Virus record (IMG/VR): IMGVR_UViG_3300022173_000074
Location: 1-64,000 of that record
Source of the DNA: a virus
Length of the DNA stretch: 64,000 bases
Direction: 5' to 3' (one strand)
Part shown: positions 1 through 9,162 of the stretch, one piece after another
How positions within the stretch are numbered: the stretch's first letter is position 1
Layout of the letters: each line of letters begins with the position of its first letter
Position numbers and translations under genes: made by a program
The notes under the pieces: model-generated
The model's database searches: none
Seen by the model: only the letters and a program-made list of their open reading frames with translations
Told to the model about the DNA's origin: nothing

Positions 1-164
1 ACCCCCGGACTGCCGCCGACGCAAGAGGGACCCGTAGCCACATGCCTGGCTTTATTGTTAAGCCAGTCAACCGGCGCGTGTGATGATTAACACGCATTAA
101 ACAACACACGCATTTATACGTTAATAGGGGAATAGCTATATTGAGGGCTATCTCACACCCTCGC

Positions 165-409
165 CCATGGGCTGCAGCCCTCACACCCTACGCTAGGGTT
201 GACCGTCGATAGGTAGACCGTGCATCAGGGCGCCTCTAGCAGGCCTTCCCATAGAGGCCGCCGCCACAAGCCAGGCATGCGCCCAGAAGGCCGCCGACAC
301 GGGCGCCGGCGCTACCGAGGCAAGGCCTAAAGAGCTGGCTTGTTATATGCAGGCCTTCCCTAGAAGCCGCGCCCCAAGGCGCCTTCTATATGGCGGCTGC
401 AGCCCATGG
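165..409. repeat. 15-bp inverted repeat pair (ccatgggctgcagcc at 165-179 and its reverse complement at 395-409) flanking direct repeats (gcaggccttccc at 238-250 and 349-361; tcacaccc at 153 and 181)
   Basis: Read directly from sequence; non-coding leader before first ORF at 510. Confidence 0.6.
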
Positions 410-509
410 CTTAGGTCGAATAAAAAGAAAGAATCTTTCGCCTGTTAACGCCTTGTTAGGACTCTACCTGTATTCTCTCAATATCGACACTGACTAAGGA
501 CACAAGCAA

Positions 510-704
510 ATGAGCATTATCTCTTACAAGCCTGAAGCCCTCCGCAACGCCACTAAGGCGCATGCTGTAAAAGAGCTTTCCACCATCGCCCCGCGCGCCC
601 CTAAAGGCGTCAAGGCTTCGAGTGCAAAGACTCAAGGCATGCTGTTTAGTGTCGCTCTTGTGGCGCTGGCTGCATTCTCAATCGCTCTTGTGATCTTTCA
701 ATAA
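510..704 (+). CDS. small protein with C-terminal hydrophobic helix (MLFSVALVALAAFSIALVIF)
   Basis: ORF with AAGGA-like RBS upstream; TM-like C-terminus. Confidence 0.4.
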   Translation: MSIISYKPEALRNATKAHAVKELSTIAPRAPKGVKASSAKTQGMLFSVALVALAAFSIALVIFQ

Positions 705-913
705 TGATTACGATTGAATCGCCTTCCCGCCTTATGGATCGTGTGACTTTCCGCAACATGGTTTTGTTAGCTCTGATGGAATGGCTAACAGGCGATGACG
801 CGCAAACGGTCATAGAGAAATATGAGCAAGCGATTCTAACGGCGCCTCTTGATCCTGAAGCGACTCCCGAATCAGTGATGCATGATATTTTGGACAAAGA
901 AGGAATCCGCTAA
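704..913 (+). CDS. hypothetical protein
   Basis: ORF tightly packed in + strand operon, start/stop overlap with neighbours. Confidence 0.4.
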   Translation: MITIESPSRLMDRVTFRNMVLLALMEWLTGDDAQTVIEKYEQAILTAPLDPEATPESVMHDILDKEGIR

Positions 914-1111
914 ATGATTACTCAGTGTAAAGAAGAATCCCGCGCTAACGCTATGCGCTTTGCGGCTGCAGCCAGTGTTGACTTTGAGCGCGCGGCGATT
1001 GCTAAGAAGCGCGGCGAATTCGATCTAGCCCATAGCTTCACGAGTGCAGGCCTTGCCGCGCTGGACGTTGCTCTAAGCTATAAGAAGGCAATGCAGGAGT
1101 CTGCGTCGTGA
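914..1111 (+). CDS. hypothetical protein
   Basis: ORF in operon, stop-start coupling. Confidence 0.4.
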   Translation: MITQCKEESRANAMRFAAAASVDFERAAIAKKRGEFDLAHSFTSAGLAALDVALSYKKAMQESAS

Positions 1112-1455
1112 CTGTCTACTTCCATATGACGAACGGTCTAAGAGGCTGTTACATCGCTGATGCGTCCTATGTGTGTAAGGTCGAATCGTTTCGCGAGTTT
1201 TGCAGGGAGATCAAAGAGGAAATTAATTGGCTTTCTTCTTTCGGCGAAAATCCTTGGCAATCGACTGCACAAATGCAATTTGCCTGGAAACATTTGCAGG
1301 GCAAAGACTGGCATGAGGTATGCGTTGCCACTGACAAAATAAACCGCGCTTATGGGCTTTGTGTCTCGCCTGCTACTGAGGCGGAATACAGAGAGTCGCA
1401 AGGCGATTCGAATGATGGTGAAACCGAACTGTTAGAGGACTCAGAAAATGGCTAA
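1108..1455 (+). CDS. hypothetical protein (acidic C-terminus)
   Basis: ORF, overlapping stop/start with neighbours. Confidence 0.45.
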   Translation: MTVYFHMTNGLRGCYIADASYVCKVESFREFCREIKEEINWLSSFGENPWQSTAQMQFAWKHLQGKDWHEVCVATDKINRAYGLCVSPATEAEYRESQGDSNDGETELLEDSENG

Positions 1456-1651
1456 GATCAAAACGACTCGGGATAGCGGCGGGATCATGCGCCAATGGCT
1501 ATCAGGCATTAAGGGGCGAACTGTCTCTAATGTGATTCGTGATCCTGGAGGAAATATCCGAATCAAATTGAGCGGCGGAGTCGAGCTTAACTTATGTGAG
1601 TCGCGCCTCTTCGATAAAACCGGCATGCGATTCGAAACAGGGGATTTATGA
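1448..1651 (+). CDS. hypothetical protein
   Basis: ORF in operon. Confidence 0.4.
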   Translation: MAKIKTTRDSGGIMRQWLSGIKGRTVSNVIRDPGGNIRIKLSGGVELNLCESRLFDKTGMRFETGDL

Positions 1652-2433
1652 TGCAGAAAGCTAAACGCTCAAAGACGGGGCGCGTTGATCGTGACTCCGA
1701 AGAATACAGGCGCGGCGCTGGCGCTTGGAATGCTCGTTTTGACTTTGTGAAAAACATCCGGGCAATGGTGAAAAACAGCGACTCATATTTCCAGGAGTCC
1801 TATGATTCGACCTATGCAGCGCTCGAAGCAACGCGCCTCGCCTATGGTACGTCACTAGAGATCAAGCGCGTGGAGAAGGCGCCTAAGAGCTTTATATATC
1901 AAGTCTGGCTCGATGGCTCGATGCATGGCGAATTCGAGAAAGCGCGGGGCGGGAAGTATCCTGTCTATAACTTTTATGCTGATGGAGTCGGACTCGTTCG
2001 TATTCCTGCATACTGGCAAGATGGCGCCTGCAAGTTTATGGAATGCAGCGTTATCGAGCAAATGCCGCGCTGTTTTATCGCTTTTGAATTCGCCCTAAGA
2101 CTGGCTGAATCCGAATGGCTGAATCCTGATGCACACACGCCAGCGCCGCAATATTCGGCCAAAGAGATAGAAGAGGCGCGTCAAGCGGTTTTCTTCGAGA
2201 ACGCCGCGCGCTCTAAAGAGCTGGCAAGCGTGAAGCCTTCAGACTTTCGAGTCGTTGATGGCGTGCGCCGCTATTCGGTTTCAATTGATCTAAGCTTTGA
2301 TGGTCATCAGCTACTATTGAAAGCGGCTCAAAAGGCTGGCGCTTTCAGAATGCACGATCAACTAAGCGGAATGGAAGTTTGCGCCGCATTGCATCACGTT
2401 ATCGAGCATGCGCTAAAGGAGTCCAGACAATGA
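1648..2433 (+). CDS. hypothetical protein
   Basis: 261-aa ORF, ATGA coupling to next gene. Confidence 0.5.
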   Translation: MMQKAKRSKTGRVDRDSEEYRRGAGAWNARFDFVKNIRAMVKNSDSYFQESYDSTYAALEATRLAYGTSLEIKRVEKAPKSFIYQVWLDGSMHGEFEKARGGKYPVYNFYADGVGLVRIPAYWQDGACKFMECSVIEQMPRCFIAFEFALRLAESEWLNPDAHTPAPQYSAKEIEEARQAVFFENAARSKELASVKPSDFRVVDGVRRYSVSIDLSFDGHQLLLKAAQKAGAFRMHDQLSGMEVCAALHHVIEHALKESRQ

Positions 2434-3179
2434 GCAACGCGCAAAGTTTGAACCTGAAAGGCCTTTACATTGCAGCGCGGAGTCGAACTAAGACTCCGGC
2501 CGCCGCGCTTGCAATGGCGCGAGATGCAATCGAAGGCGGGAAAAGTCTGTATAAGGACTATAAATATATTCAATTCAATCCGCCATCAGATCGCGGCTTG
2601 CGCTGGATTGAGAACGCGAACAAGGGACTCCGCTTCCATAACTATTGCGATTTAATCGCGCGCTCAATTCGACATACAGGCTGGTATATGGCTGATGCTG
2701 ATTTTGCGGAAACTATGCGCGGCGTTGTTTATCGCTTGCCGCATGGCCGATTCGTCGCGGGATATGTAGAGGGCTATGGGGGATCAAAAGGATTTACGCC
2801 GAATGATGACGGCGCCCGACTCGATATGTCATGCACCTATAGCGATGAACTGGACGCGGCTCTAGCGGCTGATTCAATCGCCGAACATTGGGCGGAAGAG
2901 TCGCGAGAATATAACGAGGCATGGCGCGCGGCTGATGACTGTTACAACAAAACAGGCGAGATCAAAAAACTCAGATCGAAGCGGATTCGCCTAGAGATGT
3001 TTTGCGGCGTTCTTCGCGCCATCGTGAAAAAGAAGCGCGGCGCCACTATCGAAAAAGCCGCGTTGCGTTGCGCCATGCATCGACTCGAATCATGCCGCGA
3101 AGAGATCAAAGAACTATCGAGCGAGATTGCGGAGCTAGAACGCAATTGGAAACATCACGACGGATTCACTAGCTACTAA
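2430..3179 (+). CDS. hypothetical protein
   Basis: Start moved to ATG 2430 (MSNAQ), overlapping TGA of upstream gene (ATGA). Confidence 0.5.
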   Translation: MSNAQSLNLKGLYIAARSRTKTPAAALAMARDAIEGGKSLYKDYKYIQFNPPSDRGLRWIENANKGLRFHNYCDLIARSIRHTGWYMADADFAETMRGVVYRLPHGRFVAGYVEGYGGSKGFTPNDDGARLDMSCTYSDELDAALAADSIAEHWAEESREYNEAWRAADDCYNKTGEIKKLRSKRIRLEMFCGVLRAIVKKKRGATIEKAALRCAMHRLESCREEIKELSSEIAELERNWKHHDGFTSY

Positions 3180-3206
3180 CAGCAACACACAAGAAAGGGA
3201 TTCAAC

Positions 3207-3785
3207 ATGGCTTCTAAATATGTTCGCGACACCAAAGGCGGGAAAGCGATTCGAGCAATCGTGATCTTGGACAAGCGCGGGAAATACGTTGCAAAGGTCC
3301 AAGCGCATTTTAGCGACAATCCAAACGGCTCTGTTTGTCTGGTCAATATCTGGCAAACTGAGAAAGCGGCGCAAGCATGCCTGAAAACGCAAATGCGCGA
3401 AGAGATCAAAGCGAAGCGCGCTAAGCCTTCAAGCATGCCCATAGAGGACTTTGGGCGCGCGGCTTATGATCGTTTCAGCTTTCAGCATGGAAAGGCTGGC
3501 GGCTATGGTTATGACAAATACACGGCCGCCCTATCTCATTTGTGGATTGATGGAATCCGCCTAAGCGATCATTGCGGCGAACAATTGAAACCGCCAAAAG
3601 GCGCAAAGGTATTCCCGCGCGATTATGCGGCGCCGAAAGGCTATAGGCTGGCAAACTTCGTTAGCGCGAAGAATTGCGAGTCGCGTGGATTGCCGCCCGA
3701 AACTGAGGGCTATACATCATGCCATCGTGACTCCGGTTTGGATTATCTGAAGGCGATAGGCTATCAGATAATCGAAGCGATATAA
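3207..3785 (+). CDS. hypothetical protein
   Basis: 192-aa ORF, GGGATTC RBS-like upstream. Confidence 0.5.
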   Translation: MASKYVRDTKGGKAIRAIVILDKRGKYVAKVQAHFSDNPNGSVCLVNIWQTEKAAQACLKTQMREEIKAKRAKPSSMPIEDFGRAAYDRFSFQHGKAGGYGYDKYTAALSHLWIDGIRLSDHCGEQLKPPKGAKVFPRDYAAPKGYRLANFVSAKNCESRGLPPETEGYTSCHRDSGLDYLKAIGYQIIEAI

Positions 3786-3813
3786 TTTAGTCAGTATAAA
3801 GAGGACTCAGAAA

Positions 3814-4629
3814 ATGACTCAGTTTCTTGTAACGAGGATTCCGTTTGGCGGATTCTATGACTCGCTATGGTCCGGCATGCTCGACTCCGAAGAAGAGCAA
3901 TTTTGCGACTATGAGGCGGAATACAGACAGACAGAAGAGGGAATCCCTAGCGAGCTTCAGCTAGACCGCGATGCGATATTTGACGCAATCGACGACTCGC
4001 GAGATTACAAGGCGCAATGCCTAGCCCTCGCTAAAACGTATGTTTCCCAATTCGACAATTGGGCTGGCGGCGAGGCTAACGAATCTCGTTCTCGATATGG
4101 CTGGACGTACACACAAGCGAAGGGATCACACAAAGCGCGATTCCGTGTGCCTTCTCTAGGCCTGCAATTCGAGTCGATGGATTCGCCGCGTGAATATAAT
4201 TTCACGACTGATAGAGTCTATGCAAAGATCAGCCTCGCCACTTGCCGCCGGCTTTTCAAAAAGAGCAAACAAGAGAATCACGAAACGCTGAAGGCGCGGA
4301 TTCGTGCGTCCTATACATCGTGCGATGGCTTTAGCTCGCATTACTCGAATCAGCTTTGTGACTGGCTAGAGAAGCCGCTCATTGATTGGGATCACAATGA
4401 GCTTTGCACGTTGATCGAAGCCGCTTGCAATTGGACTCGCGATTGCGAGATGGAAATTTATCAGGATATTCCCGACTCCGGGCATAGCGAGTGGAGCGAG
4501 GGAATCGATTGGCCGAAATATCAAAGCTTGATCGATGCGAAGCGCGAAGAGAAGGCGGAAATATTGCGCGCTGAAGGAAAAGAGATTCCGCATTTTCGAT
4601 GCGACAAGACTCCAGAGCTGGCGCTATGA
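3814..4629 (+). CDS. hypothetical protein
   Basis: 271-aa ORF. Confidence 0.5.
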   Translation: MTQFLVTRIPFGGFYDSLWSGMLDSEEEQFCDYEAEYRQTEEGIPSELQLDRDAIFDAIDDSRDYKAQCLALAKTYVSQFDNWAGGEANESRSRYGWTYTQAKGSHKARFRVPSLGLQFESMDSPREYNFTTDRVYAKISLATCRRLFKKSKQENHETLKARIRASYTSCDGFSSHYSNQLCDWLEKPLIDWDHNELCTLIEAACNWTRDCEMEIYQDIPDSGHSEWSEGIDWPKYQSLIDAKREEKAEILRAEGKEIPHFRCDKTPELAL

Positions 4630-4955
4630 AAAAGGCCTGGAATGTTACCTTTGAAATAGTAACGGAAGAAAGCGCGGAAATTGGCGACGCTGAGTCGCGC
4701 GGCTTTATTATCGAAGGCGCGACACTTCGCGAAGCGCTGGCGGCTTTTTCATTTTGTGGCGTAGCAGAATACGCCAGCGCCATCAGCGCCGACTCCTCGC
4801 ATATAAGCGTAAGCAATCCGCCCCGATGGTTCGACTCAGAGACAAGCCAAAACTTCGAGACAGGCGAGAACGAGACTCGCGCGCTGCATATCCCTGAAGG
4901 CGTGACTCCAGCGTCAAGCATGCGCCTCGCGCGCCTTCTAGGCGTCATAGGCTAG
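4626..4955 (+). CDS. hypothetical protein
   Basis: Start at ATG 4626 (MKKAWN) overlapping upstream stop. Confidence 0.45.
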   Translation: MKKAWNVTFEIVTEESAEIGDAESRGFIIEGATLREALAAFSFCGVAEYASAISADSSHISVSNPPRWFDSETSQNFETGENETRALHIPEGVTPASSMRLARLLGVIG

Positions 4956-5031
4956 ACGCTCCACCATAAGCCAGCTAGGCGCCCGTGCATCACGCATAGG
5001 GCGCCTTTCGGCGTATGAGGCTTAGAAACAT

Positions 5032-5259
5032 ATGAGCAAAACACATCGCCGCCAGTGGCGGCTTTCAGTCTTTGAGATTGGGGAGTATGGCGAGTCGAAG
5101 TGGACTCGCGTTTACTCTTGCCCAAAGAACGCGAGGCGCGGCGCTGCAAGGATAGCGCGGCGCCGTTTGACGTGGCGCGACTCTGAAGCTGGCGTGCTTA
5201 CTCGCGCGCGGCTGATCTTGTTTGATGTTCGCCGCGTCGATAGCGGGGCGCCCGCATGA
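5032..5259 (+). CDS. hypothetical basic protein
   Basis: ORF preceded by GC-rich hairpin region. Confidence 0.4.
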   Translation: MSKTHRRQWRLSVFEIGEYGESKWTRVYSCPKNARRGAARIARRRLTWRDSEAGVLTRARLILFDVRRVDSGAPA

Positions 5260-5513
5260 CAATCGTTGGCGAGATACTAGACACCCTTAAGCGCCTCCCT
5301 GAATTCGATTGCGCGCGCTTGATCGTTTGCGATTGGGAATCGTGCGCCGCGCCTTCGCGCTGGATTGTTTCAATTCAGAGCGCGGGGCGCGTTGTCTTAG
5401 AGGCGCGCGGCGCTAGTGCTGATGCAGCGCTAGAGGCTGCACTCACTAAGGCGCAAGAGCTTGCAGGCGCCCGGCGCCAGCGCATTAGATCGAAGGCGGA
5501 TTTATTGGATTAG
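5256..5513 (+). CDS. hypothetical protein
   Basis: ORF with ATGA overlap to upstream gene. Confidence 0.45.
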   Translation: MTIVGEILDTLKRLPEFDCARLIVCDWESCAAPSRWIVSIQSAGRVVLEARGASADAALEAALTKAQELAGARRQRIRSKADLLD

Positions 5514-5715
5514 ATCGAAGCCGCGAAGCGCGGCGCTTCAGACAATCGAGCGCGATTCAGAAGAGGCTTAGGCCTGGCATGAGTCGTTAAAAATTCATGC
5601 AGAATCACGCATGGATTCTGACTGTCTGAATCCGCACGGATCGAAATAAGGCAGCGGCCGGCTGGCTGCAGCCCGATGCGTCCGGTCGCCGGCAAAAATC
5701 GAGATCGAGGGGCCT

Positions 5716-5815
5716 GGCCCCACCACCGGGGAAATCGGAACCCCCCACCGTTAGGGAAATCCATTGCTACCTACCACCGGGGAAATCGGACTAGCCCACC
5801 ACCAGGGAAATCCAG
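5716..5815. repeat. iteron-like array: 4 direct copies of CCACC(N3)GGGAAATC(C/G)(G)A spaced 22-29 bp
   Basis: Copies at about 5721, 5745, 5772, 5797, read directly. Hairpins upstream at 5590-5650 and a TTGACA-like hexamer downstream at 5830. Confidence 0.7.
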
Positions 5816-5894
5816 GGTCACGCCCAGGTTGACAGTCTGGCATGGGGTGTGCAATGCAGCGGACAGGGCAGGAAACAGTGCATTGGAGTGTATT

Positions 5895-6011
5895 ATGATG
5901 GAATTCTTATTTGGCGTTACCACTGGCGCTGTGCTGGTGCATTTCTTCCCGTCGCTGAACGTCCCGGTCAAAATGGCCGTGGATAAAATCAAGGAATGGA
6001 TGACAAACTAA
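5895..6011 (+). CDS. possible small hydrophobic peptide (MMEFLFGVTTGAVLVHFFPSL...)
   Basis: Short ORF after iteron region with GGAG upstream. The longer ORF 5676..6011 is rejected because it only translates the iterons. Confidence 0.25.
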   Translation: MMEFLFGVTTGAVLVHFFPSLNVPVKMAVDKIKEWMTN

Positions 6012-6256
6012 TGCGCAAGCAAGGTATTGCGATGATTGCGGCCGCCGCTGCACTGGCTATGGCTGGTGGCGGCGTGCCTATCGAACCACGGCGCGGTCGC
6101 ATGAAGCCGGCCGACCCCGAGAGCACAGGCGCTAAGCTCGCCAAGAGCTTCGCCCGTGTCATGGAGAAGCGCACACCGGCTGATGTGCTGCGCATCCAGA
6201 AGGCCGAAGAGAAGCGTCAGCGAAAGGCTGCACGCCGCCGCGAGATCGGCCAATGA
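5996..6256 (+). CDS. hypothetical protein (Ala-rich N-terminus, basic C-terminus)
   Basis: ORF. Confidence 0.4.
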   Translation: MDDKLMRKQGIAMIAAAAALAMAGGGVPIEPRRGRMKPADPESTGAKLAKSFARVMEKRTPADVLRIQKAEEKRQRKAARRREIGQ

Positions 6257-6702
6257 GCTTCATTCGACTATCTGTCCTTGCTCAAGCGGACCTCTACATC
6301 ACGAAGAATACGGGTGAAGATTTCGCGCATATCGAATGGAACAATAACGGCATCACACAGCATCTAGGACGCATCCGTGCGAACGAGGTCGTGGGCCTAA
6401 TTCAATTCCTCCAAAACGAATTTGCTCCAACGGTTTTGCCAAAATCGGATTTGCCGAATCGGAAGCCAGATCAATTTGGTTCTACGGATTCGGAAATTTT
6501 CGATTTCCATAAACGCTCCGAGATGGCCGCAGGCTTCGGTCAGTCCATCGATCCGTACGCTATGGTCGCCATGGCTATGCGTTGCGGACAGATGGAAGCT
6601 GCGCTGAAGTCGATCAAAGCTTACGCCGAGAACGCTGTCATGGGCGCGTGGCGCGGAACTGTTCAAGAGATGGCGGCACTAGGCTTGCAATCGAAATCCT
6701 AG
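6253..6702 (+). CDS. hypothetical protein
   Basis: ORF, contains internal copy of the CGGATTCGG/GGAAAT motif at 6475-6501. Confidence 0.4.
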   Translation: MSFIRLSVLAQADLYITKNTGEDFAHIEWNNNGITQHLGRIRANEVVGLIQFLQNEFAPTVLPKSDLPNRKPDQFGSTDSEIFDFHKRSEMAAGFGQSIDPYAMVAMAMRCGQMEAALKSIKAYAENAVMGAWRGTVQEMAALGLQSKS

Positions 6703-6716
6703 AATGAATTTCGTTC

Positions 6717-6743
6717 TACCGATTTGGCATTTCGCGAAATCGT
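6717..6743 (+). promoter_or_regulatory. recurrent motif copy (ctaCCGATTTGGcatttcgCGAAATCG) upstream of SPFH gene
   Basis: Related to iteron core TCCGATTTCC; inverted-repeat structure; about 20 bp before GAGGGAA RBS and ATG 6762. Confidence 0.45.
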
Positions 6744-6761
6744 AAACTTGAGGGAATACAC

Positions 6762-7697
6762 ATGCCGATTTCAGGTAACGCAGGCGGCGAAGACGAGAGC
6801 CGCGAACAACGGAGAGAGCGTATGATCGCTGAAGAAATGCAGAACCGAATGAAAGTAATCAGGCTCGCCGGTAAAGGCGCCGCCGGGATTGTCGCTGTGA
6901 TCGTGGCGCTGAACAGCTTCTACACTGTGAACCAATCCCAGCGCGGCATTCACACACGCATGGGCGCCATCGTCGGCGTCTCTGCACCAGGGATGCATTT
7001 CAAATTCCCGATCATCGACGGCGTGCGCAAGCTGAATGTCCGTACACATACGATCCAGTGGCAGAACGTGAACGGCCAAGACAGCCGCATGGAAACCTAC
7101 TCGAAGGACCAACAGCCCGCCGACATCGCCATGACCGTTACGTGGTCGCCGGCGCTTGACGATAAGTCGATTGTCGAACTCTACACGAAGTACGGTTCGA
7201 TCCAGGGCTTCGAGCAAGCTGTGCTGATCCCATCGGCGCAGGAAGCATTCAAGAACGTCTTCGGCGGCTACGACTCTGTCAACGCCATCCAGAAGCGGGC
7301 GCTGTTGAATGCGCAGACCAGCGGTGAAGTGGCCCGTATCACGAAGGGCAAACCGTTCCGACTTGAGAGCGTGCAAATTCAGGACATATCGTTCTCGAAT
7401 GCATATGAGCAAGCGGTCGAAGCGCGCATGACGGCGCAGGTTAACGTCGAAAAGAAAACGCAGGAAAAGATCACGTCCCAGATCGAAGCGGACATGATGG
7501 TGATCGACGCGGAAGCGAAAGCCAAAGCCGTCCGTCTGGCCGGTGACGCGGAAGCTGATGCGATCAAAGCCAAGGCGGATGCTATCGCCAGCAATGCCCG
7601 TCTGGTCGAATACACGGCCGCCCAGCGCTGGAACGGCGAGCTGCCGACTACCATGGTGCCCGGCGGCGCGTTGCCCTTCGTCAAGATCGGACAGTAA
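6762..7697 (+). CDS. SPFH/band-7 (prohibitin/HflC-like) domain protein
   Basis: N-terminal TM (GIVAVIVALNSFYTV), then QRGIHTRMG...PGMHFKFPIIDGVRK and VQIQDISFSNAYEQAVEARMTAQ, matching SPFH/PHB domain signatures; C-terminal Ala/Lys-rich coiled coil. Confidence 0.8.
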   Translation: MPISGNAGGEDESREQRRERMIAEEMQNRMKVIRLAGKGAAGIVAVIVALNSFYTVNQSQRGIHTRMGAIVGVSAPGMHFKFPIIDGVRKLNVRTHTIQWQNVNGQDSRMETYSKDQQPADIAMTVTWSPALDDKSIVELYTKYGSIQGFEQAVLIPSAQEAFKNVFGGYDSVNAIQKRALLNAQTSGEVARITKGKPFRLESVQIQDISFSNAYEQAVEARMTAQVNVEKKTQEKITSQIEADMMVIDAEAKAKAVRLAGDAEADAIKAKADAIASNARLVEYTAAQRWNGELPTTMVPGGALPFVKIGQ

Positions 7698-7710
7698 AAA
7701 CGAATTTTAT

Positions 7711-7741
7711 CCCACGGATTCGGATTTTTCGGATTCGTGGG
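7711..7741 (+). promoter_or_regulatory. recurrent motif copy (cccACGGATTCGGatttttCGGATTCGtggg) upstream of gene 7761
   Basis: Direct CGGATTCG repeats inside a cccacg/cgtggg inverted repeat; followed by GAGGGAAT RBS. Confidence 0.45.
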
Positions 7742-7760
7742 ATAAAGACGAGGGAATGAG

Positions 7761-8006
7761 ATGACGAAGATTGTAGAGCTGCATCCTGAAAAGCGTGCAG
7801 CGGAAGAACTAAACGCCGCCGCGACGGCCTCCGTTATGGCTGAATTTGATCGTATGATCCGACTGGTGGAGGACTCCACTAGCGGCCTCCACGGTCGCAC
7901 CGCGAACTCTATCATGCTGGTGGCGGCACAGCTTACGGTCGCTTCCATAACGGAACGGTCGAACATGAGAGTCGACTCCACTCTCAAAGACATGGGACAC
8001 ATCTAA
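7761..8006 (+). CDS. hypothetical protein
   Basis: ORF with strong RBS. Confidence 0.45.
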   Translation: MTKIVELHPEKRAAEELNAAATASVMAEFDRMIRLVEDSTSGLHGRTANSIMLVAAQLTVASITERSNMRVDSTLKDMGHI

Positions 8007-8398
8007 TGACCGGCAAAATGATCCTGAACGTCTCAGAGCTTGAGCTGTTGTACGCTTACGCTCTGCCTCACATGCGCCTCCCGACTGACAAGGCGCCCTT
8101 GGGCACCTTCCGTAGGCTCGTGGAGAAGGGTCTTGTGCGCGAAGGCGTCGGCAAGGCTGTGATGCCCATGACGATGGAAGAACTTCATATGTCCGGTGAC
8201 GAGACGCCCGAAGAATTCGAGGCGAAGCTGAAGCCCTATCTGATCGACACTCCGGGCTGGGTCATCACGAACAAGGCCATCGGTATTCTACTGTTGGTCG
8301 TCGATCCAGGGAACGAGAAAAAGGCCGAAGCCGTGATGCGGGCCTTCATCGCGGACGAGGACCCGGCTGGACCTTACGATAGCGCCACGAGGGCGTAA
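8006..8398 (+). CDS. hypothetical protein
   Basis: ORF, ATGA/TAATG coupling. Confidence 0.45.
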   Translation: MTGKMILNVSELELLYAYALPHMRLPTDKAPLGTFRRLVEKGLVREGVGKAVMPMTMEELHMSGDETPEEFEAKLKPYLIDTPGWVITNKAIGILLLVVDPGNEKKAEAVMRAFIADEDPAGPYDSATRA

Positions 8399-8685
8399 TG
8401 GACATCCGCCCGACACCCGCGCCACTGCCGCTCGCTGACCGCGACACCGCGCCTTTCTACGTGGTCATTAATTCGTTCCAGCATCCGTTCGAAGAAAAGC
8501 GTGCGAACGTCTATGTGAAGGAAGGAAACTTCTTCCGCTCGCAAGGCGGCTTGACAGACGACTGGGGTAAGAACTGGATCGGGATAGAAGCGAAAGACAT
8601 GAACGACGCCCGGCTGCGGGCGCACGCATCGGAAGGTACGGCATGCCCACGCTGGCATCTTCATCCAGAGAAAGATTACTCGTGA
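8398..8685 (+). CDS. hypothetical protein
   Basis: ORF. Confidence 0.4.
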   Translation: MDIRPTPAPLPLADRDTAPFYVVINSFQHPFEEKRANVYVKEGNFFRSQGGLTDDWGKNWIGIEAKDMNDARLRAHASEGTACPRWHLHPEKDYS

Positions 8686-8852
8686 GATATTCCGCGCCGG
8701 CTTCGCAGGTATTAGCTCAAACGATTTCGGCGGCACGGATGCTGCATGACTGGATCACACAAAGATTCGAGCCGGTTCTTGACGATGATGGGAAGCCCAC
8801 GGGCTATCACCGCGACAAGAAAACCGGCGAGGTCGTAACAATCGAGTATTGA
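8643..8852 (+). CDS. hypothetical protein (start uncertain)
   Basis: ORF overlapping upstream gene by about 40 bp. Confidence 0.3.
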   Translation: MPTLASSSRERLLVRYSAPASQVLAQTISAARMLHDWITQRFEPVLDDDGKPTGYHRDKKTGEVVTIEY

Positions 8853-8853
8853 A

Positions 8854-9162
8854 ATGGTGACTATGAAATGCGAAACGCTGATCGGCCCGTTGCGCCAGTC
8901 CACTGGCGTTGCGCCTCCGGTCGATCTATCCCCCGATCAAACGCAAACCGCGTTGACAGCCTGCATGATTCGTCAAGCCGAACGCGGCGAAGAAATATTC
9001 TACGGCGCTGTATGGAGGAAGATCGCTCGCACGGATTTGATGGACGACATCAGAACTTGGTCCAGCGATTGCAAGGCAGCACGATATGTCGGGAAGGCAA
9101 CTCGCGGCGCCCGGATCACGGACACTCACTTCTTTGTCATAGATTGCTACTCAGATGGTTAA
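8854..9162 (+). CDS. hypothetical protein
   Basis: ORF. Confidence 0.4.
   Translation: MVTMKCETLIGPLRQSTGVAPPVDLSPDQTQTALTACMIRQAERGEEIFYGAVWRKIARTDLMDDIRTWSSDCKAARYVGKATRGARITDTHFFVIDCYSDG

Noticed and set aside
4379-4948. 189-aa - strand ORF
   Set aside because: Overlaps two coupled + strand genes and is Arg/Ser-rich.
5676-6011. 111-aa ORF spanning the iteron array
   Set aside because: Its translation (HHRGNRNPPP…YHRGNRTSPPP) simply mirrors the DNA repeats. The region is better read as non-coding, with a possible 38-aa ORF at 5895..6011.
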